In this document: positions 1-11,104 of the stretch, one piece after another
Numbering within the stretch: position 1 is the stretch's first letter
Layout: every line of letters starts with the position of its first letter
DNA from: a virus
Taxonomy: Duplodnaviria > Heunggongvirae > Uroviricota > Caudoviricetes
Virus record (IMG/VR): IMGVR_UViG_2908567220_000004
DNA length: 35,453 bases
Direction: 5' to 3' (one strand)
Made by a program: the position numbers and the translations under genes
The notes under the pieces: generated by a model
The model's database searches: none
Seen by the model: the letters and a program-made list of their open reading frames with translations, nothing else
Told to the model about the DNA's origin: nothing

Positions 1-504
1 TTATTGATAGTGTTTTATGTTCAGATAATGCCCGATGACTTTGTCATGCAGCTCCACCGATTTTGAGAACGACAGCGACTTCCGTCCCAGCCGTGCCAGG
101 TGCTGCCTCAGATTCAGGTTATGCCGCTCAATTCGCTGCGTATATCGCTTGCTGATTACGTGCAGCTTTCCCTTCAGGCGGGATTCATACAGCGGCCAGC
201 CATCCGTCATCCATATCACCACGTCAAAGGGTGACAGCAGGCTCATAAGACGCCCCAGCGTCGCCATAGTGCGTTCACCGAATACGTGCGCAACAACCGT
301 CTTCCGGAGACTGTCATACGCGTAAAACAGCCAGCGCTGGCGCGATTTAGCCCCGACATAGCCCCACTGTTCGTCCATTTCCGCGCAGACGATGACGTCA
401 CTGCCCGGCTGTATGCGCGAGGTTACCGACTGCGGCCTGAGTTTTTTAAGTGACGTAAAATCGTGTTGAGGCCAACGCCCATAATGCGGGCTGTTGCCCG
501 GCAT
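1..504 (-). CDS. insB: IS1 transposase InsB (expressed as InsAB' fusion by frameshifting)
   Basis: 167-aa ORF with the IS1 InsB sequence (..[21 protein letters not shown]..); overlaps insA. Confidence 0.85.
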
Positions 505-698
505 CCAACGCCATTCATGGCCATATCAATGATTTTCTGGTGCGTACCGGGTTGAGAAGCGGTGTAAGTGAACTGCAGTTGCCATGTTTTACGGCAGTGA
601 GAGCAGAGATAGCGCTGATGTCCGGCGGTGCTTTTGCCGTTACGCACCACCCCGTCAGTAGCTGAACAGGAGGGACAGCTGATAGAAACAGAAGCCAC
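423..698 (-). CDS. insA: IS1 InsA transposition regulator
   Basis: 91-aa [45 protein letters not shown].. typical of IS1 InsA (zinc-finger plus HTH). Confidence 0.85.
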
Positions 699-963
699 TG
701 GAGCACCTCAAAAACACCATCATACACTAAATCAGTAAGTTGGCAGCATCACCCAAAATCACGCCGTAATTATCTCGTTAAATGTTCCTGCCCAAACTGC
801 ACCCAAGAGTCAGAACACAGTTTTTCAAGAGTACAAAAAGGTGCCCTTTTGATCTGCCCTCATTGCAACAAAGTATTCCAGACAAATCTTAAAGCTGTAG
901 CTTGATTGATTTTATTCGTAACAAGTATTTTTTATATTTTAATAACATATTTAAATCAGATAA

Positions 964-990
964 TAAAAAACCCGCCTGAGCGGGTTTAAT
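964..990 (-). terminator. Rho-independent terminator downstream of cspB (hairpin AACCCGC-CTGA-GCGGGTT, T-run on minus strand)
   Basis: GC stem-loop at 970-986 followed by a T tract when read on the minus strand. Confidence 0.5.
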
Positions 991-1268
991 ATTGTGGTAC
1001 TTTTTGTGGGAGTCATCCACTTACGCACTTTGTTTTGCTATGCCAGCAGTTAGCTTCTGCTGTAAAACTATTCATGCAGCAAACCTGCACTTCACCACAA
1101 TGGTTAGCATACTTTTCCTGATTAAGTTATTGCCAAATATGCTGGCCATTGTTTCATGTATTGGACCTCCTTACTATTTATTAAAGAGATCCAATATTCA
1201 CCACTCTGTCTGTATCTCCACTCAGGCATCAGCCTTCTTCGTTATCGTATACAGACAAACTATGAATT

Positions 1269-1484
1269 TTAATCAGTAATTATGACATTTGCTGCTGCAG
1301 GACCTTTAGCACCACTCTCTACAGAGAAGGTAACCTTTTGACCTTCAAATAAGGTTCGAAAATTATCATTCTGAATCGCAGAAAAATGCACAAACACATC
1401 TTTACTACCATCAACAGGAGAAATAAAGCCAAAACCTTTATCAGCGTTAAACCATTTTACTAAACCAGTCATTTTATTTGACAT
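1269..1484 (-). CDS. cspB: Cold-shock protein, CspA family (CspB-like)
   Basis: 71-aa [41 protein letters not shown].. near-identical to E. coli CspB as recalled; RNP1 motif KGFGFI. Confidence 0.85.
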   Translation of the reverse strand: MSNKMTGLVKWFNADKGFGFISPVDGSKDVFVHFSAIQNDNFRTLFEGQKVTFSVESGAKGPAAANVIITD

Positions 1485-1692
1485 TCTACATTCCTTAACT
1501 TGAGCCTTTCGGCATAAATGGCTTGTATAACAGAAACGACTTCGTACTTAATTGGAGAGACTCAAAGAAGGAATAAGTGAATAACACCTGAAATGAGAAC
1601 TGCTTTAGTAAACTACTTCGTATATCGTCTGTTCTTCAAACCGACGCAATCATTAACGCATAGTTGAACATATGAAGCAATGTTTATTTTAG

Positions 1693-2887
<1,195 letters not shown>

Positions 2888-2983
2888 TTAGACATCCAGC
2901 CATCTTCAACCCCATCAAAAAACTATAGCTTTCTTCAGGAACGTGTGTATAGTGCGCCCAGTTATCAGTATTAAGGAATTTTT

Positions 2984-3196
2984 TTGTCCCGTAAAATGAC
3001 AGGAATTGTCAAAACCTTTGACGGCAAAAGCGGCAAGGGTCTTATCACCCCATCCGATGGTCGTATCGATGTCCAGCTTCATGTTTCAGCGCTCAATCTC
3101 CGCGATGCAGAAGAAATTACCACCGGATTACGCGTGGAATTTTGCCGGATAAATGGTCTGCGTGGCCCTTCAGCTGCCAATGTTTACCTTTCATGA
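2984..3196 (+). CDS. cspF: Cold-shock-like protein, CspF/CspH subfamily
   Basis: 70-aa [49 protein letters not shown] resembles E. coli CspF/CspH. Confidence 0.75.
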
Positions 3197-3484
3197 GCTA
3201 TATTAAAGCTTTAATTTCAGGCCCCATCGAATCAAACATGGAGAGTTTTCATGAATAACCCCGTCTGTCTTGATGACTGGTTGATTGGCTTTAAAAGCTT
3301 ATGCTGTACTTTGACCGTAATAGCTCTGCTAATAATGTAATATGCAGACTCATTGTATCTAGGGACATAGTACTGGAAGAAAACATTTTAAACATCAGGC
3401 AAAGTCACCCGATAAATAATAAGTAAACAAACATGAATCCCGGAATGAGATTCAACATCTCTATTACCCTATTTAAAGCACAAA

Positions 3485-3510
3485 AACCCGCTCATCAGCG
3501 GGTTTTCTAC
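3485..3510. terminator. Hairpin plus T-run between cspF and Q gene (possible bidirectional terminator)
   Basis: AACCCGC-TCATCA-GCGGGTT stem-loop followed by TTCTACTTTTTC. Confidence 0.45.
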
Positions 3511-3611
3511 TTTTTCTTAACGTCGGGTATATAAAGCCCATCGTTGAAAAAATTTTATCCATATTTTTTGAAAAATGCAAGCATTACGTCGCCATCTTCG
3601 GCGAAAATCAT

Positions 3612-4364
3612 TTATCTCGTCACTTTTCTTAATTGCACCTCAGCATATGCTTCTTCCTGCCAGCACTTTGTAACCAGTTTATCAATGACATCTGCATATC
3701 CTTTGTACCACTGATAATCAGTCAGGTCTGGTACCAGCTTCTGGACATGACACCGCGCCAGTGTCGTTGGTAAACGACTAAACCGGTTTCCATTGCAACG
3801 CCCACAAATCTTATAAACAGGCGCGCCATGAAGCCGGGTCCTTTTTTCATCCAGGACAATACCTTTACCCTTACACCCTCTGCACGCTGTGCTGACTTCT
3901 CCCTTACCATGACAATGCTGACATAGTTCCTTCACCCACTCTTCCTTGATAACAGACTCCCCGCTTCTGGAGTATTTCACCACTTCGCGCAATACATTAT
4001 GAAATCCAGTACCAGCACAAGGCTCACAGCGAGCCTTACTTGCCGCAGACCTGGAATAATCAGCAAAGGCAAAACTCACAAGGTAAGGGATGATCTGTAA
4101 CCGGATTTCTTCACTCAATTTGTTCAATGTCGGGTTATCCAGTGCCATCGCGTAATTGAGCAGACCTTCAATCGCAAACTGAGGATCCTGAACGCCAGCT
4201 TTTGCCAGGAATAAGGCAAACCCAAGCGGTGCTTTCGACTGCACCATCCCCTGCGCAGCCATCACATCCGTAATCGTTAAACCACCTGAGCCTGTCGCCG
4301 GTGCGGCATCACTCAATTTTGGAGATTTTGGGGAGTAATATTTTGGTAAGGCTTCAAGGTTCAT
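3612..4364 (-). CDS. quuQ: Late-gene antiterminator Q (Qin quuQ-like)
   Basis: 250-aa product from the internal ATG (MNLEALPKYYSPKSPKLS..), cysteine-rich zinc-binding region CQHCHGKG..CRGCKGKG; position just before the cold-shock genes as in Qin. Confidence 0.7.
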   Translation of the reverse strand: MNLEALPKYYSPKSPKLSDAAPATGSGGLTITDVMAAQGMVQSKAPLGFALFLAKAGVQDPQFAIEGLLNYAMALDNPTLNKLSEEIRLQIIPYLVSFAFADYSRSAASKARCEPCAGTGFHNVLREVVKYSRSGESVIKEEWVKELCQHCHGKGEVSTACRGCKGKGIVLDEKRTRLHGAPVYKICGRCNGNRFSRLPTTLARCHVQKLVPDLTDYQWYKGYADVIDKLVTKCWQEEAYAEVQLRKVTR

Positions 4365-4377
4365 GCTCGTTCTCCAC

Positions 4378-5373
4378 TTACGCCAGTACGCCAATTGCCA
4401 GCGCACGATCGATAAAACGAAATATCAGCTCCAGTTGGGAGCCATACTTCTCTTCAAATGTCACGGTATCCGCATGCAGCTCGTCGTGATGCTTTCTGCA
4501 CAAAGGCAACACAAAGAGATCATGCGCTTTTGTACCCATTCCACCCTGACCGTGGCCTATCAGGTGGTGGGGATCATCAGCTGGCTTTCCACAACATGCG
4601 CACGGCTGCGTCTTAACCCAGCGCGTGTACTTTTCATTAACCCAGCGGCGACGTTTGGGGCGTAACATAAAAGACTCCGGCGACTCCGGATCCACTTTCA
4701 GCGCCAGCACCTTTTTCGCTTTATCCTGGATGATGCTGGTGGCAGGAACCGAAGGCACAAGGTCACTTTCCCGGGTGACAGATGGCACAACAGGCTTCGG
4801 TAATCTCAGTGCCTTACGGGCTGCACTTTCCGGTAAGGCATCCGCCAGGTCATTACGAACCAGCCACCAGCACAGTTCCGGCATTGTCACAACGTGACTG
4901 TCATCAAAACCGAGATCCCGACGCACGACAGACAACACCCAGCGGGCACAGTTATCCGTTGCCATTGATTCCAGCCGTTCCGTGAACTGGTCACGCAGCT
5001 GGTTATCGCAGTGCCAGCACAGACGAATTGCTCCCGGAGCGTGCCGCATTGTGGTCATGTTCTCGCTGTGCCAGTCGGAATGAGGCCACTGACAGCCCTT
5101 TTCACGAAGTAACCAGCTTTCAAGACATTCCACGCCACCAGCACGACGGATCACTGCCTCATTGCGGAACACGGCCCGAACGGCAGGATCATCCGCCAGC
5201 GGTTGTGATGCCGCCGGAACGGCACCACTGGCGAAAGATGAATAACGTTCCGGCTCAGGCTCCAGCAGGACACGCCCCTGCATAAACAGGGGCATCAGCT
5301 CTGAACCTGGCCTGAACAATACAATCCCCATACGCGGGGCAATTTCAGGGGTCAGTAGTGCTCTCACGGTCAC
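4378..5373 (-). CDS. DUF968-family prophage protein (YdfU-like)
   Basis: 331-aa ORF with C-terminal CxxC..HH motifs (QPCACCGKPADDPHHLIGHGQGG..CRKHHDELH), resembles Qin YdfU from memory. Confidence 0.65.
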   Translation of the reverse strand: MTVRALLTPEIAPRMGIVLFRPGSELMPLFMQGRVLLEPEPERYSSFASGAVPAASQPLADDPAVRAVFRNEAVIRRAGGVECLESWLLREKGCQWPHSDWHSENMTTMRHAPGAIRLCWHCDNQLRDQFTERLESMATDNCARWVLSVVRRDLGFDDSHVVTMPELCWWLVRNDLADALPESAARKALRLPKPVVPSVTRESDLVPSVPATSIIQDKAKKVLALKVDPESPESFMLRPKRRRWVNEKYTRWVKTQPCACCGKPADDPHHLIGHGQGGMGTKAHDLFVLPLCRKHHDELHADTVTFEEKYGSQLELIFRFIDRALAIGVLA

Positions 5374-5374
5374 C

Positions 5375-6172
5375 TCAATGAACGGTATCGAGCAGCTTTA
5401 ACAGCTCAGGGAATCGGGATTCGAAGAAATGCGGCTGCGTCTCGCGCGGATTTGCAGGACTGGTGATGTTCTTGCCGAACATGCAGCCTTTCGCCGTCAG
5501 CGACCAGAATTTTTTGATGTTGTTAATCGCGGTACGGCTGTATCGTTCGCGTTGTTCAACGATCCCCAGCTTCACCATCTGGTGATATGCCTGATTAGCC
5601 GTCAGGCGGATACCATACTGCCTCAGCAGTGCACTCAGCGACAGCGTGGGGCGACTTGAGCCATCGTGTGCATCAGCAGGAGCATCAATGGCATAGCGCG
5701 GTGCCAGATTCGGTAAGCCAACAGCCTCCTGGAGTTTCTGGCAGGCACCAAGCACTGAAGAGTTAGACAGGTTTAATTCCCGGCGCATAAAGTCCAGCAG
5801 AATCACACCAGCCTGCATCTTGTCAGCAGCCTGTCCGGATAATTTTTCCGGTGCGCTGGTTACCATGTCGAAAGTACGGATCACCTTCAGATGGAATGAC
5901 GGGCTGATCCACATTGCATAGGCATACACCAGTTCTTTGCAGACATACGTCCCCTGGTTATTTCCGCCACGAATAACGTTAACTGGCTCTATATTGACCG
6001 AGTTGCAAATCTGCAACTCGCTTATTAAACGCTCAGTTTGCTCATTGCGGAGCCAGAATGCAGGCTTATGCTTATCCAGAGAACCAGCAGCCCTGTGCAG
6101 ATCGTTCAGGCTGTAACGCCCATAAGCATCACGACGAACTTCAATACCATCAATAACCATCAGATTATTCAT
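5375..6172 (-). CDS. KilA-N domain protein (phage antirepressor-like)
   Basis: N-terminal IDGIEVRRDAYGRYSLNDLHRAAG.. typical of KilA-N/APSES DNA-binding domain. Confidence 0.65.
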   Translation of the reverse strand: MNNLMVIDGIEVRRDAYGRYSLNDLHRAAGSLDKHKPAFWLRNEQTERLISELQICNSVNIEPVNVIRGGNNQGTYVCKELVYAYAMWISPSFHLKVIRTFDMVTSAPEKLSGQAADKMQAGVILLDFMRRELNLSNSSVLGACQKLQEAVGLPNLAPRYAIDAPADAHDGSSRPTLSLSALLRQYGIRLTANQAYHQMVKLGIVEQRERYSRTAINNIKKFWSLTAKGCMFGKNITSPANPRETQPHFFESRFPELLKLLDTVH

Positions 6173-6191
6173 ACTTCGTTTCTCCTCTTAA

Positions 6192-6581
6192 TCAGGCGGC
6201 TGCACCCGCCATTTTCTCGTACTTACTGATAGTGATCTCGACCTTCCCTTCCGGGATAACCGGTCCCCACTCCACCAGCATTCTTTTCACCTGACTGTCG
6301 TCTTCCCACACACCCGCGTGGGTCAGGGCGTCAAACAGCGCCTTGTTATAGTTGTCCAGATCGCGGATCCGGTTATCCGGAGGAAACAACACGATCTCCA
6401 CTGAAGCAGGTGCCGACGTTGGTTTTGGCAAACGACGTAACTGCTCAACTATTGCTGCACACGCCGCGCTCTGGAATTTGCGCCCCGCCGCGCTTATCAG
6501 GCTCTTACCAGCAAACGCCCCTTTGTTGGGGTGTCGCCAGTACGTGTTCACGCTGGGCGGAAAAGGCAGGATCAGCTTCAT
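6192..6581 (-). CDS. rusA: Holliday-junction resolvase RusA family
   Basis: 129-aa ORF with RusA-like motifs (LPFPPSVNTYWRH.., DLDNYNKALFDALTHAGVWEDDSQV). Confidence 0.8.
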   Translation of the reverse strand: MKLILPFPPSVNTYWRHPNKGAFAGKSLISAAGRKFQSAACAAIVEQLRRLPKPTSAPASVEIVLFPPDNRIRDLDNYNKALFDALTHAGVWEDDSQVKRMLVEWGPVIPEGKVEITISKYEKMAGAAA

Positions 6582-7231
6582 GCCACCATCTCCCTGACCA
6601 GTTTTTCTGCCTGCTGGCGAACCTGCGCCAGAAAGGCCTCACCACATGCCTCAAGTTCATCGCGCCCGATGTAGCTGATTGCCGGTCCCTTCCAGGTCTT
6701 GTCGAAAACAGCAATAGCACCAGCGAAGAAAGCGCCTGTCGGCACCTGCTTCTCGTCCTTCGGGATAAACCAGGCAGGCAGTTCAAAACCAATACGCCCG
6801 CGAATAAAAGCAATATGATCTGCATCTTCCGGCCACCACACTTCGCTGGTGGCAGCTTTGATCAGGAAAACATAGCGTCCGCCCTTATCACGCATGGCAC
6901 TAGCATGCTTCATGATGTAACGCATGCCGGTGATGTATTGCCCTTCATGCTGACTGGCGCGGCTGTACGGGGGATTACCAAAGGCAGCACCTTTAAGCTC
7001 CGCAAGACGTTCAGACCAGTCATGCGCCAGCGCGTTGTCTTCCGCAGTGTAATAAGCGGCACATTTGGCGTTATCACCATCAGTGAACAGATCCAGAACA
7101 AACGGGCCAAACAGGGTGTTAATTCCCCAGAAAATGTTATCCGGCGTGCGCCACTGATCGCCCACTTCCTTCAGTTCATGGGCTGGTTTGTTCCGCAGCT
7201 CCACCAGCGCCTGGCAATATTTATTACTCAT
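6578..7231 (-). CDS. Phage-type DNA N6-adenine methyltransferase (Dam family)
   Basis: NPPY catalytic motif (AAFGNPPYSR); start chosen at MSNKYCQAL with TAATG overlap to the upstream gene. Confidence 0.75.
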   Translation of the reverse strand: MSNKYCQALVELRNKPAHELKEVGDQWRTPDNIFWGINTLFGPFVLDLFTDGDNAKCAAYYTAEDNALAHDWSERLAELKGAAFGNPPYSRASQHEGQYITGMRYIMKHASAMRDKGGRYVFLIKAATSEVWWPEDADHIAFIRGRIGFELPAWFIPKDEKQVPTGAFFAGAIAVFDKTWKGPAISYIGRDELEACGEAFLAQVRQQAEKLVREMVA

Positions 7232-7725
7232 TAAGCCCCCACGTAATTCCCTGACAGATACCACTCTTCACCCGATGCAGCGCGCTTGCTGCTTTTCCGT
7301 AAGCACCGCTCACGACGCGCCAGAAAATTGTTTCGTTCTGGCTGGGAGTGGCTTTCACGGAATGCCGCCATCCACACCGTTGCAGCACGACGGTATAAGC
7401 CCCTGGACTCCAGTTCTTCCGCCTGGCGGGTCAGGCACAAAATCACCTGGGGATCGTTAGTGCCGACATAGAAATTGCGCACAGATCTGGTTTCACGAAC
7501 TGGTTGTGGTTCCGGCTCCTGCGCTCTCTCAGCCAGGCGTGGGAAATGTCTGCGTGTATCTCCTTCACAACGGTGAGCCACACGCCCACTCTGACGTAAC
7601 TTGCTTGCTGACTGCAGAACGTGCTGCCGTGAGTAACCTGCAAAAGCATCCGCAATGTCTCCGGAAGTACACCCCGGATGGGCTTCAATGAATTTCTGAA
7701 CTTCATTCAAAAGACTCATGATCAC
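7231..7725 (-). CDS. Hypothetical protein with PerC-like C-terminal region
   Basis: 164-aa ORF; segment QAEELESRGLYRRAATVWMAAF resembles the PerC-like protein at 15836-16123; ATGA overlap with the upstream O-like gene. Confidence 0.5.
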   Translation of the reverse strand: MIMSLLNEVQKFIEAHPGCTSGDIADAFAGYSRQHVLQSASKLRQSGRVAHRCEGDTRRHFPRLAERAQEPEPQPVRETRSVRNFYVGTNDPQVILCLTRQAEELESRGLYRRAATVWMAAFRESHSQPERNNFLARRERCLRKSSKRAASGEEWYLSGNYVGA

Positions 7726-8663
7726 CCCCTGAATCCTGCCGGGATCTGGCTATAGTCCACGTTGTCGTAACTGGCTTTGAAGTACGGGTCTTCGCGTTTT
7801 TCGGTGTACGTGCTGACGGACGGCGATAAGCGCAGGGAAAGCTCATCCCATTTTTCCCGCAACTTCGACGGGCTGAGCACGTTACGGCACCAGAACGGAT
7901 CGCGGCTGACGCGGCTGTACATCTCGCAGATTTGTTTGTGAGTACGACCATCCTGCACACACATCAGGCGAATTTCGTTTGCCCAGGCTGTCCAGTTCGG
8001 TTCTTTGGGACGAACCACCTCGCCGTCACATTCGGCGGCCTGCTCGTACAGGGCAATGATTTTTTTCCAGAGCCACTGTGCACAGGTCAAATCATCCTGC
8101 GTTCCCCACTGGCGATTTTTAGGGCTGAATACAACCGCATCAGGATGGCGAGTTAAAAAATCCTGTTCAGCCGTCTGCGTGTCCGGTTGCGAAGCGTCCG
8201 GACGAGAAGTTTTTTTATCTGACGGATCATGTTTTGATTTTACTGACGGATCCCCACCAGATTCTGACGGGTGAAAACCCGCTTTTTTGCCAGATTTCGA
8301 CGCATCAAATTTTGACGGGTCAGATTTTGATGCGTCAGATTTTGACGGGTCAGAATCTGACAGTTGAGAAAATGCCGCTGCCTGAAGCTTCGCAACGTTA
8401 AGCTGATAAACATTCGACGCATTGCGGTTACCCTGGCGACGCGCCTTACGCGTTAACCAGCCTTCTGCTTCCAGCCGTGCGATAGCCGTTCTGACGGTAC
8501 TCATCCCCGCGCCAATCTGGCGGGCAATGGTTTCAATTGATGGCCAGCACACACCTTCGTCATTACTGAAATCAGCCAGGCGGGCCATAATTGCCACGCT
8601 GGATAATTTCATGCCTGATGCAGCGCAACCATCCCATACATAGCCGGTTAATTTAGTGCTCAT
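7722..8663 (-). CDS. Replication initiation protein (lambda O-like, HTH N-terminus, internal repeats)
   Basis: 313-aa ORF; N-terminal winged-HTH-like region; repeated DPSKSDASKS peptide encoded by DNA iterons; position downstream of cro/cII-like genes. Confidence 0.65.
   Translation of the reverse strand: MSTKLTGYVWDGCAASGMKLSSVAIMARLADFSNDEGVCWPSIETIARQIGAGMSTVRTAIARLEAEGWLTRKARRQGNRNASNVYQLNVAKLQAAAFSQLSDSDPSKSDASKSDPSKFDASKSGKKAGFHPSESGGDPSVKSKHDPSDKKTSRPDASQPDTQTAEQDFLTRHPDAVVFSPKNRQWGTQDDLTCAQWLWKKIIALYEQAAECDGEVVRPKEPNWTAWANEIRLMCVQDGRTHKQICEMYSRVSRDPFWCRNVLSPSKLREKWDELSLRLSPSVSTYTEKREDPYFKASYDNVDYSQIPAGFRG
8228..8363. repeat. Iteron-like direct repeats inside the O-like gene (candidate prophage origin)
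   Basis: Tandem copies of TCAGATTTTGA(C/T)G(G/C)G at 8291-8363 plus degenerate copies upstream. Confidence 0.5.
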
Positions 8664-9011
8664 GACCGACCTCTACTTCCCTGAATTTACGACGAAACTG
8701 TTCGAGCGGGCTGAAGCACTCATGCTCATAGCCTTCGCGGAGGTAGATAACCCGTTGTGTTTCCGGCTCCCAACGAATGACTCTGACGGGCACTCCGTAG
8801 TGATCTTTGAACCAGCGGTTAACTTGTCGCAAAGGACTGTCTCCTTCTGCCGGTTGAAATCCCCCACAGCCCACTCAGCAAAGCTGTGGGTTACAATTTC
8901 CCTGTCACCTGGTACATTTACTGCATAGCAATACTCCACCTTCGCTTTTCCACCCGGTACAGGAAGCGCAATCAGTTGCGAGCGACGGTAGTGTGTTGTT
9001 AAACTGTTCAT
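8653..9011 (-). pseudogene. Hypothetical prophage gene apparently split by a frameshift at a G5/C5 homopolymer
   Basis: Two overlapping minus-strand ORFs (8673-9011 and 8653-8874) in different frames; protein-like sequence switches frame near CCCCC at 8853-8857. Confidence 0.35.
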
Positions 9012-9565
9012 GCGTTAGTTTCTCCACAACCAGAAGCAATCGACGCCACGACGCCCGGAGCTGCACACTCGCGGGCGTCATTACTTTCTGAAACGCAAAA
9101 AATTTTGTAGACAAGTGCTGCATGCTCCTGCAGCTTCGAAATTGAGAGGTACAGCTCGTCGTTAATTGCTGTCTTCTCATGCGGTTCCACTACACCGTCT
9201 TCGATTGCCGAACGAATCTGTTTTGAATAACTGCCGATCTGTTCAATGACTTCCAGTAAACGCTGGTTAATATCGGCATTGTCCACATCCTCGACGTCAG
9301 GAAGAGACACAAAGACGCCATTTGCAGACTGCGCCACAGCGTCAGCAATGAAGTGAGTGCCACCAGCACGTTGTAAAATCATTGCCCATCCCAGCGGGAA
9401 AATCTGATCGCCATCGGCACGAAGGCGGTTAAATAATGCATTCTCTGTTACATCCAGCCACTCAGCAGCTTCAGCGTAACCCCCCGGCAACGCCGCGATA
9501 GTTTTTCTGACAGCTTTCACGTACCACTCAGGCTGTTTTTCCACTTTCCAGTGATGATTACCCAC
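9008..9565 (-). CDS. Hypothetical early-operon protein (CII/YdaT position)
   Basis: 185-aa ORF translationally coupled to the cro-like and downstream genes; no family recognised with confidence. Confidence 0.5.
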   Translation of the reverse strand: MGNHHWKVEKQPEWYVKAVRKTIAALPGGYAEAAEWLDVTENALFNRLRADGDQIFPLGWAMILQRAGGTHFIADAVAQSANGVFVSLPDVEDVDNADINQRLLEVIEQIGSYSKQIRSAIEDGVVEPHEKTAINDELYLSISKLQEHAALVYKIFCVSESNDARECAAPGVVASIASGCGETNA

Positions 9566-9818
9566 GGCTTACCTCCTGTTCCTGTGGTTTAAACCCATTC
9601 TGGTTTTGGCTAGATTGAAAACGTGCCGGATAAAGAATCTGCATTTCGCTGATTTCACCCTTAAAAAAATTGGCCAGACGTTCTGCAAGATCGATAGATG
9701 GAATTTGTTCCAGTCTTTCAATACGACTCAGCGTCGCTGGATTGACCTGAACGCCAGCAGCAACATGCTGCAAAGTAAATCCGTGCGCCTTACGCACATT
9801 CCGTAATGGTGATTGCAT
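9558..9818 (-). CDS. Cro-like HTH (XRE family) regulator
   Basis: 86-aa ORF with HTH (GFTLQHVAAGVQVNPATLSRIER), divergent from the CI-like repressor. Confidence 0.7.
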   Translation of the reverse strand: MQSPLRNVRKAHGFTLQHVAAGVQVNPATLSRIERLEQIPSIDLAERLANFFKGEISEMQILYPARFQSSQNQNGFKPQEQEVSRG

Positions 9819-9915
9819 ATGACCTCCACATATTGCGTGATGAGCATATTATTTCACGCAAATATTTTGCGCAGGTTGATTTGCTTAACGCGCAATAAAG
9901 AAATGTAATAAACGC
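9819..9915. promoter_or_regulatory. Divergent cro/cI control region with palindromic operator candidates
   Basis: Palindromes TTGCGTGA..TCACGCAA (9833-9861) and TTGC-N7-GCAA (9881-9895) between divergent regulator genes. Confidence 0.5.
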
Positions 9916-10608
9916 ATGAACATAGGAAACCGAGTCAGACAACTTCGCCAGGCGAAGAACATGAAAATCGCCGATCTCGCTGAAGCAATAGGAGTGGATG
10001 CGGCGAATATCTCACGCCTGGAAACAGGTAAGCAGAAACAATTCACTGAACAAGCCCTGAGTAATATTGCCAGGAGCTTAGGTGTTGATATTGCTGATCT
10101 CTTTACCTCAGACTTCAAAAGTAATACTGTATGTAAAAACAGTATTAGTGAGGATGTTGCGCAGGTGAAGGATGTATTCCGTATTGAAATGCTGGATGTC
10201 AGTGCCAGTGCGGGAAATGGCCTTATCCAGGGCGGTGATGTCATTGATGTGATTCATGCCATTGAATACAGAACTGATAATGCTGTATCGATGTTTGGCG
10301 GACGGCCAGCCAATCACATTAAAGTTATCAACGTTCGTGGGGACAGTATGTGTCCAACCATTGAGCCAGGAGATCTCATCTTCGTTGATGTCAGTATCAA
10401 TCAGTTTGATGGAGATGGTATCTATGTATTTGGTTTTGATGATAAAATTTATGTCAAACGACTGCAAATGATACCTGACAAACTACTGGTGATTTCTGAT
10501 AACCAGCTTTACCGTGAATGGGGAATTACCAGCGAAAATGAACACCGGTTTATGGTCTTTGGAAAGGTCTTAATCAGCCAGTCACAAACCCTTAAGCGAC
10601 ACAATTAA
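9916..10608 (+). CDS. CI-like prophage repressor (HTH plus S24 LexA-like peptidase domain)
   Basis: 230-aa ORF: N-terminal HTH (NMKIADLAEAIGVDAANISRLETGK), C-terminal autocleavage domain (VRGDSMCPTIEPGDLIFVD..YVKRL). Confidence 0.85.
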   Translation: MNIGNRVRQLRQAKNMKIADLAEAIGVDAANISRLETGKQKQFTEQALSNIARSLGVDIADLFTSDFKSNTVCKNSISEDVAQVKDVFRIEMLDVSASAGNGLIQGGDVIDVIHAIEYRTDNAVSMFGGRPANHIKVINVRGDSMCPTIEPGDLIFVDVSINQFDGDGIYVFGFDDKIYVKRLQMIPDKLLVISDNQLYREWGITSENEHRFMVFGKVLISQSQTLKRHN

Positions 10609-10628
10609 CCCTTACCTCCTCATCAATT

Positions 10629-10653
10629 AGCCACCCAAAGGTGGCTTTTCATT
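10629..10653 (+). terminator. Rho-independent terminator after the repressor gene
   Basis: Hairpin AGCCACC-CAAA-GGTGGCT followed by TTTTCATT. Confidence 0.55.
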
Positions 10654-10659
10654 ACCCTT

Positions 10660-10720
10660 TAAATTGCATATCTCGCAACAAAAACACTTGCATAATGCGC
10701 AACTTCATTTTATCTTTCTT
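10660..10720 (+). promoter_or_regulatory. PL/OL-like promoter-operator region
   Basis: Two TTGC-N7-GCAA sites (10664-10678, 10688-10702) matching the operator motif in the cro/cI intergenic region; TTGCAT -35-like hexamers. Confidence 0.45.
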
Positions 10721-11104
10721 TCCAGACAAACAAACAAGGTACTAACAAAATTTGGTTGTAACACGGCGTATGGCACATGCGTCGTTAGCGGTCTGGGGAC
10801 GTTAAAGGGGACAATCCACTCCTTGCTCGGGCAAACAAACCAGGTAGCCGGAATGTGCAAGTCAATGATGATGCTGATAAGACGCCTAACCAGCGTGGCG
10901 ATTCGGTTTGACGCCTGGGAAGAGACCAGGGTGCAACGATGAGGGCATTTATGGAGCCGCGACAAAGTGTGGTGCCGTAACTGGCTAAGTGCTCTCAGCG
11001 TTGTGGTAATCCGCGAAATGGCGCGGCGGTAAGTATGGCGGGGTTACTCTTTCCCCGTTGAGGACACCGGATTGTCAGGTTGACCATACGCCTGAGTGAC
11101 AACC

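Larger units (their letters stand above)
1..753 (-). mobile_element. IS1 insertion sequence, truncated by the window edge (about 15 bp of the insB-proximal end lies outside)
   Basis: insA (91 aa) and insB (167 aa) ORFs in the IS1 arrangement on the minus strand; sequence ending at 753 (..CATACACTAAATCAGTAAGTTGGCAGCATCACC) matches the IS1 terminal inverted repeat as I recall it. Confidence 0.85.

Noticed and set aside
992..1279. 95-aa plus-strand ORF downstream of cspB
   Set aside because: Lies in AT-rich intergenic DNA, low-complexity hydrophobic translation, no RBS, overlaps the cspB terminator region.
6410..7234. 274-aa plus-strand ORF antisense to rusA and dam
   Set aside because: Shadow ORF opposite two well-supported minus-strand genes with recognisable motifs (RusA, NPPY methylase).
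9885..10244. 119-aa minus-strand ORF overlapping the CI-like repressor gene
   Set aside because: Antisense to a repressor ORF with clear HTH and S24 peptidase motifs.
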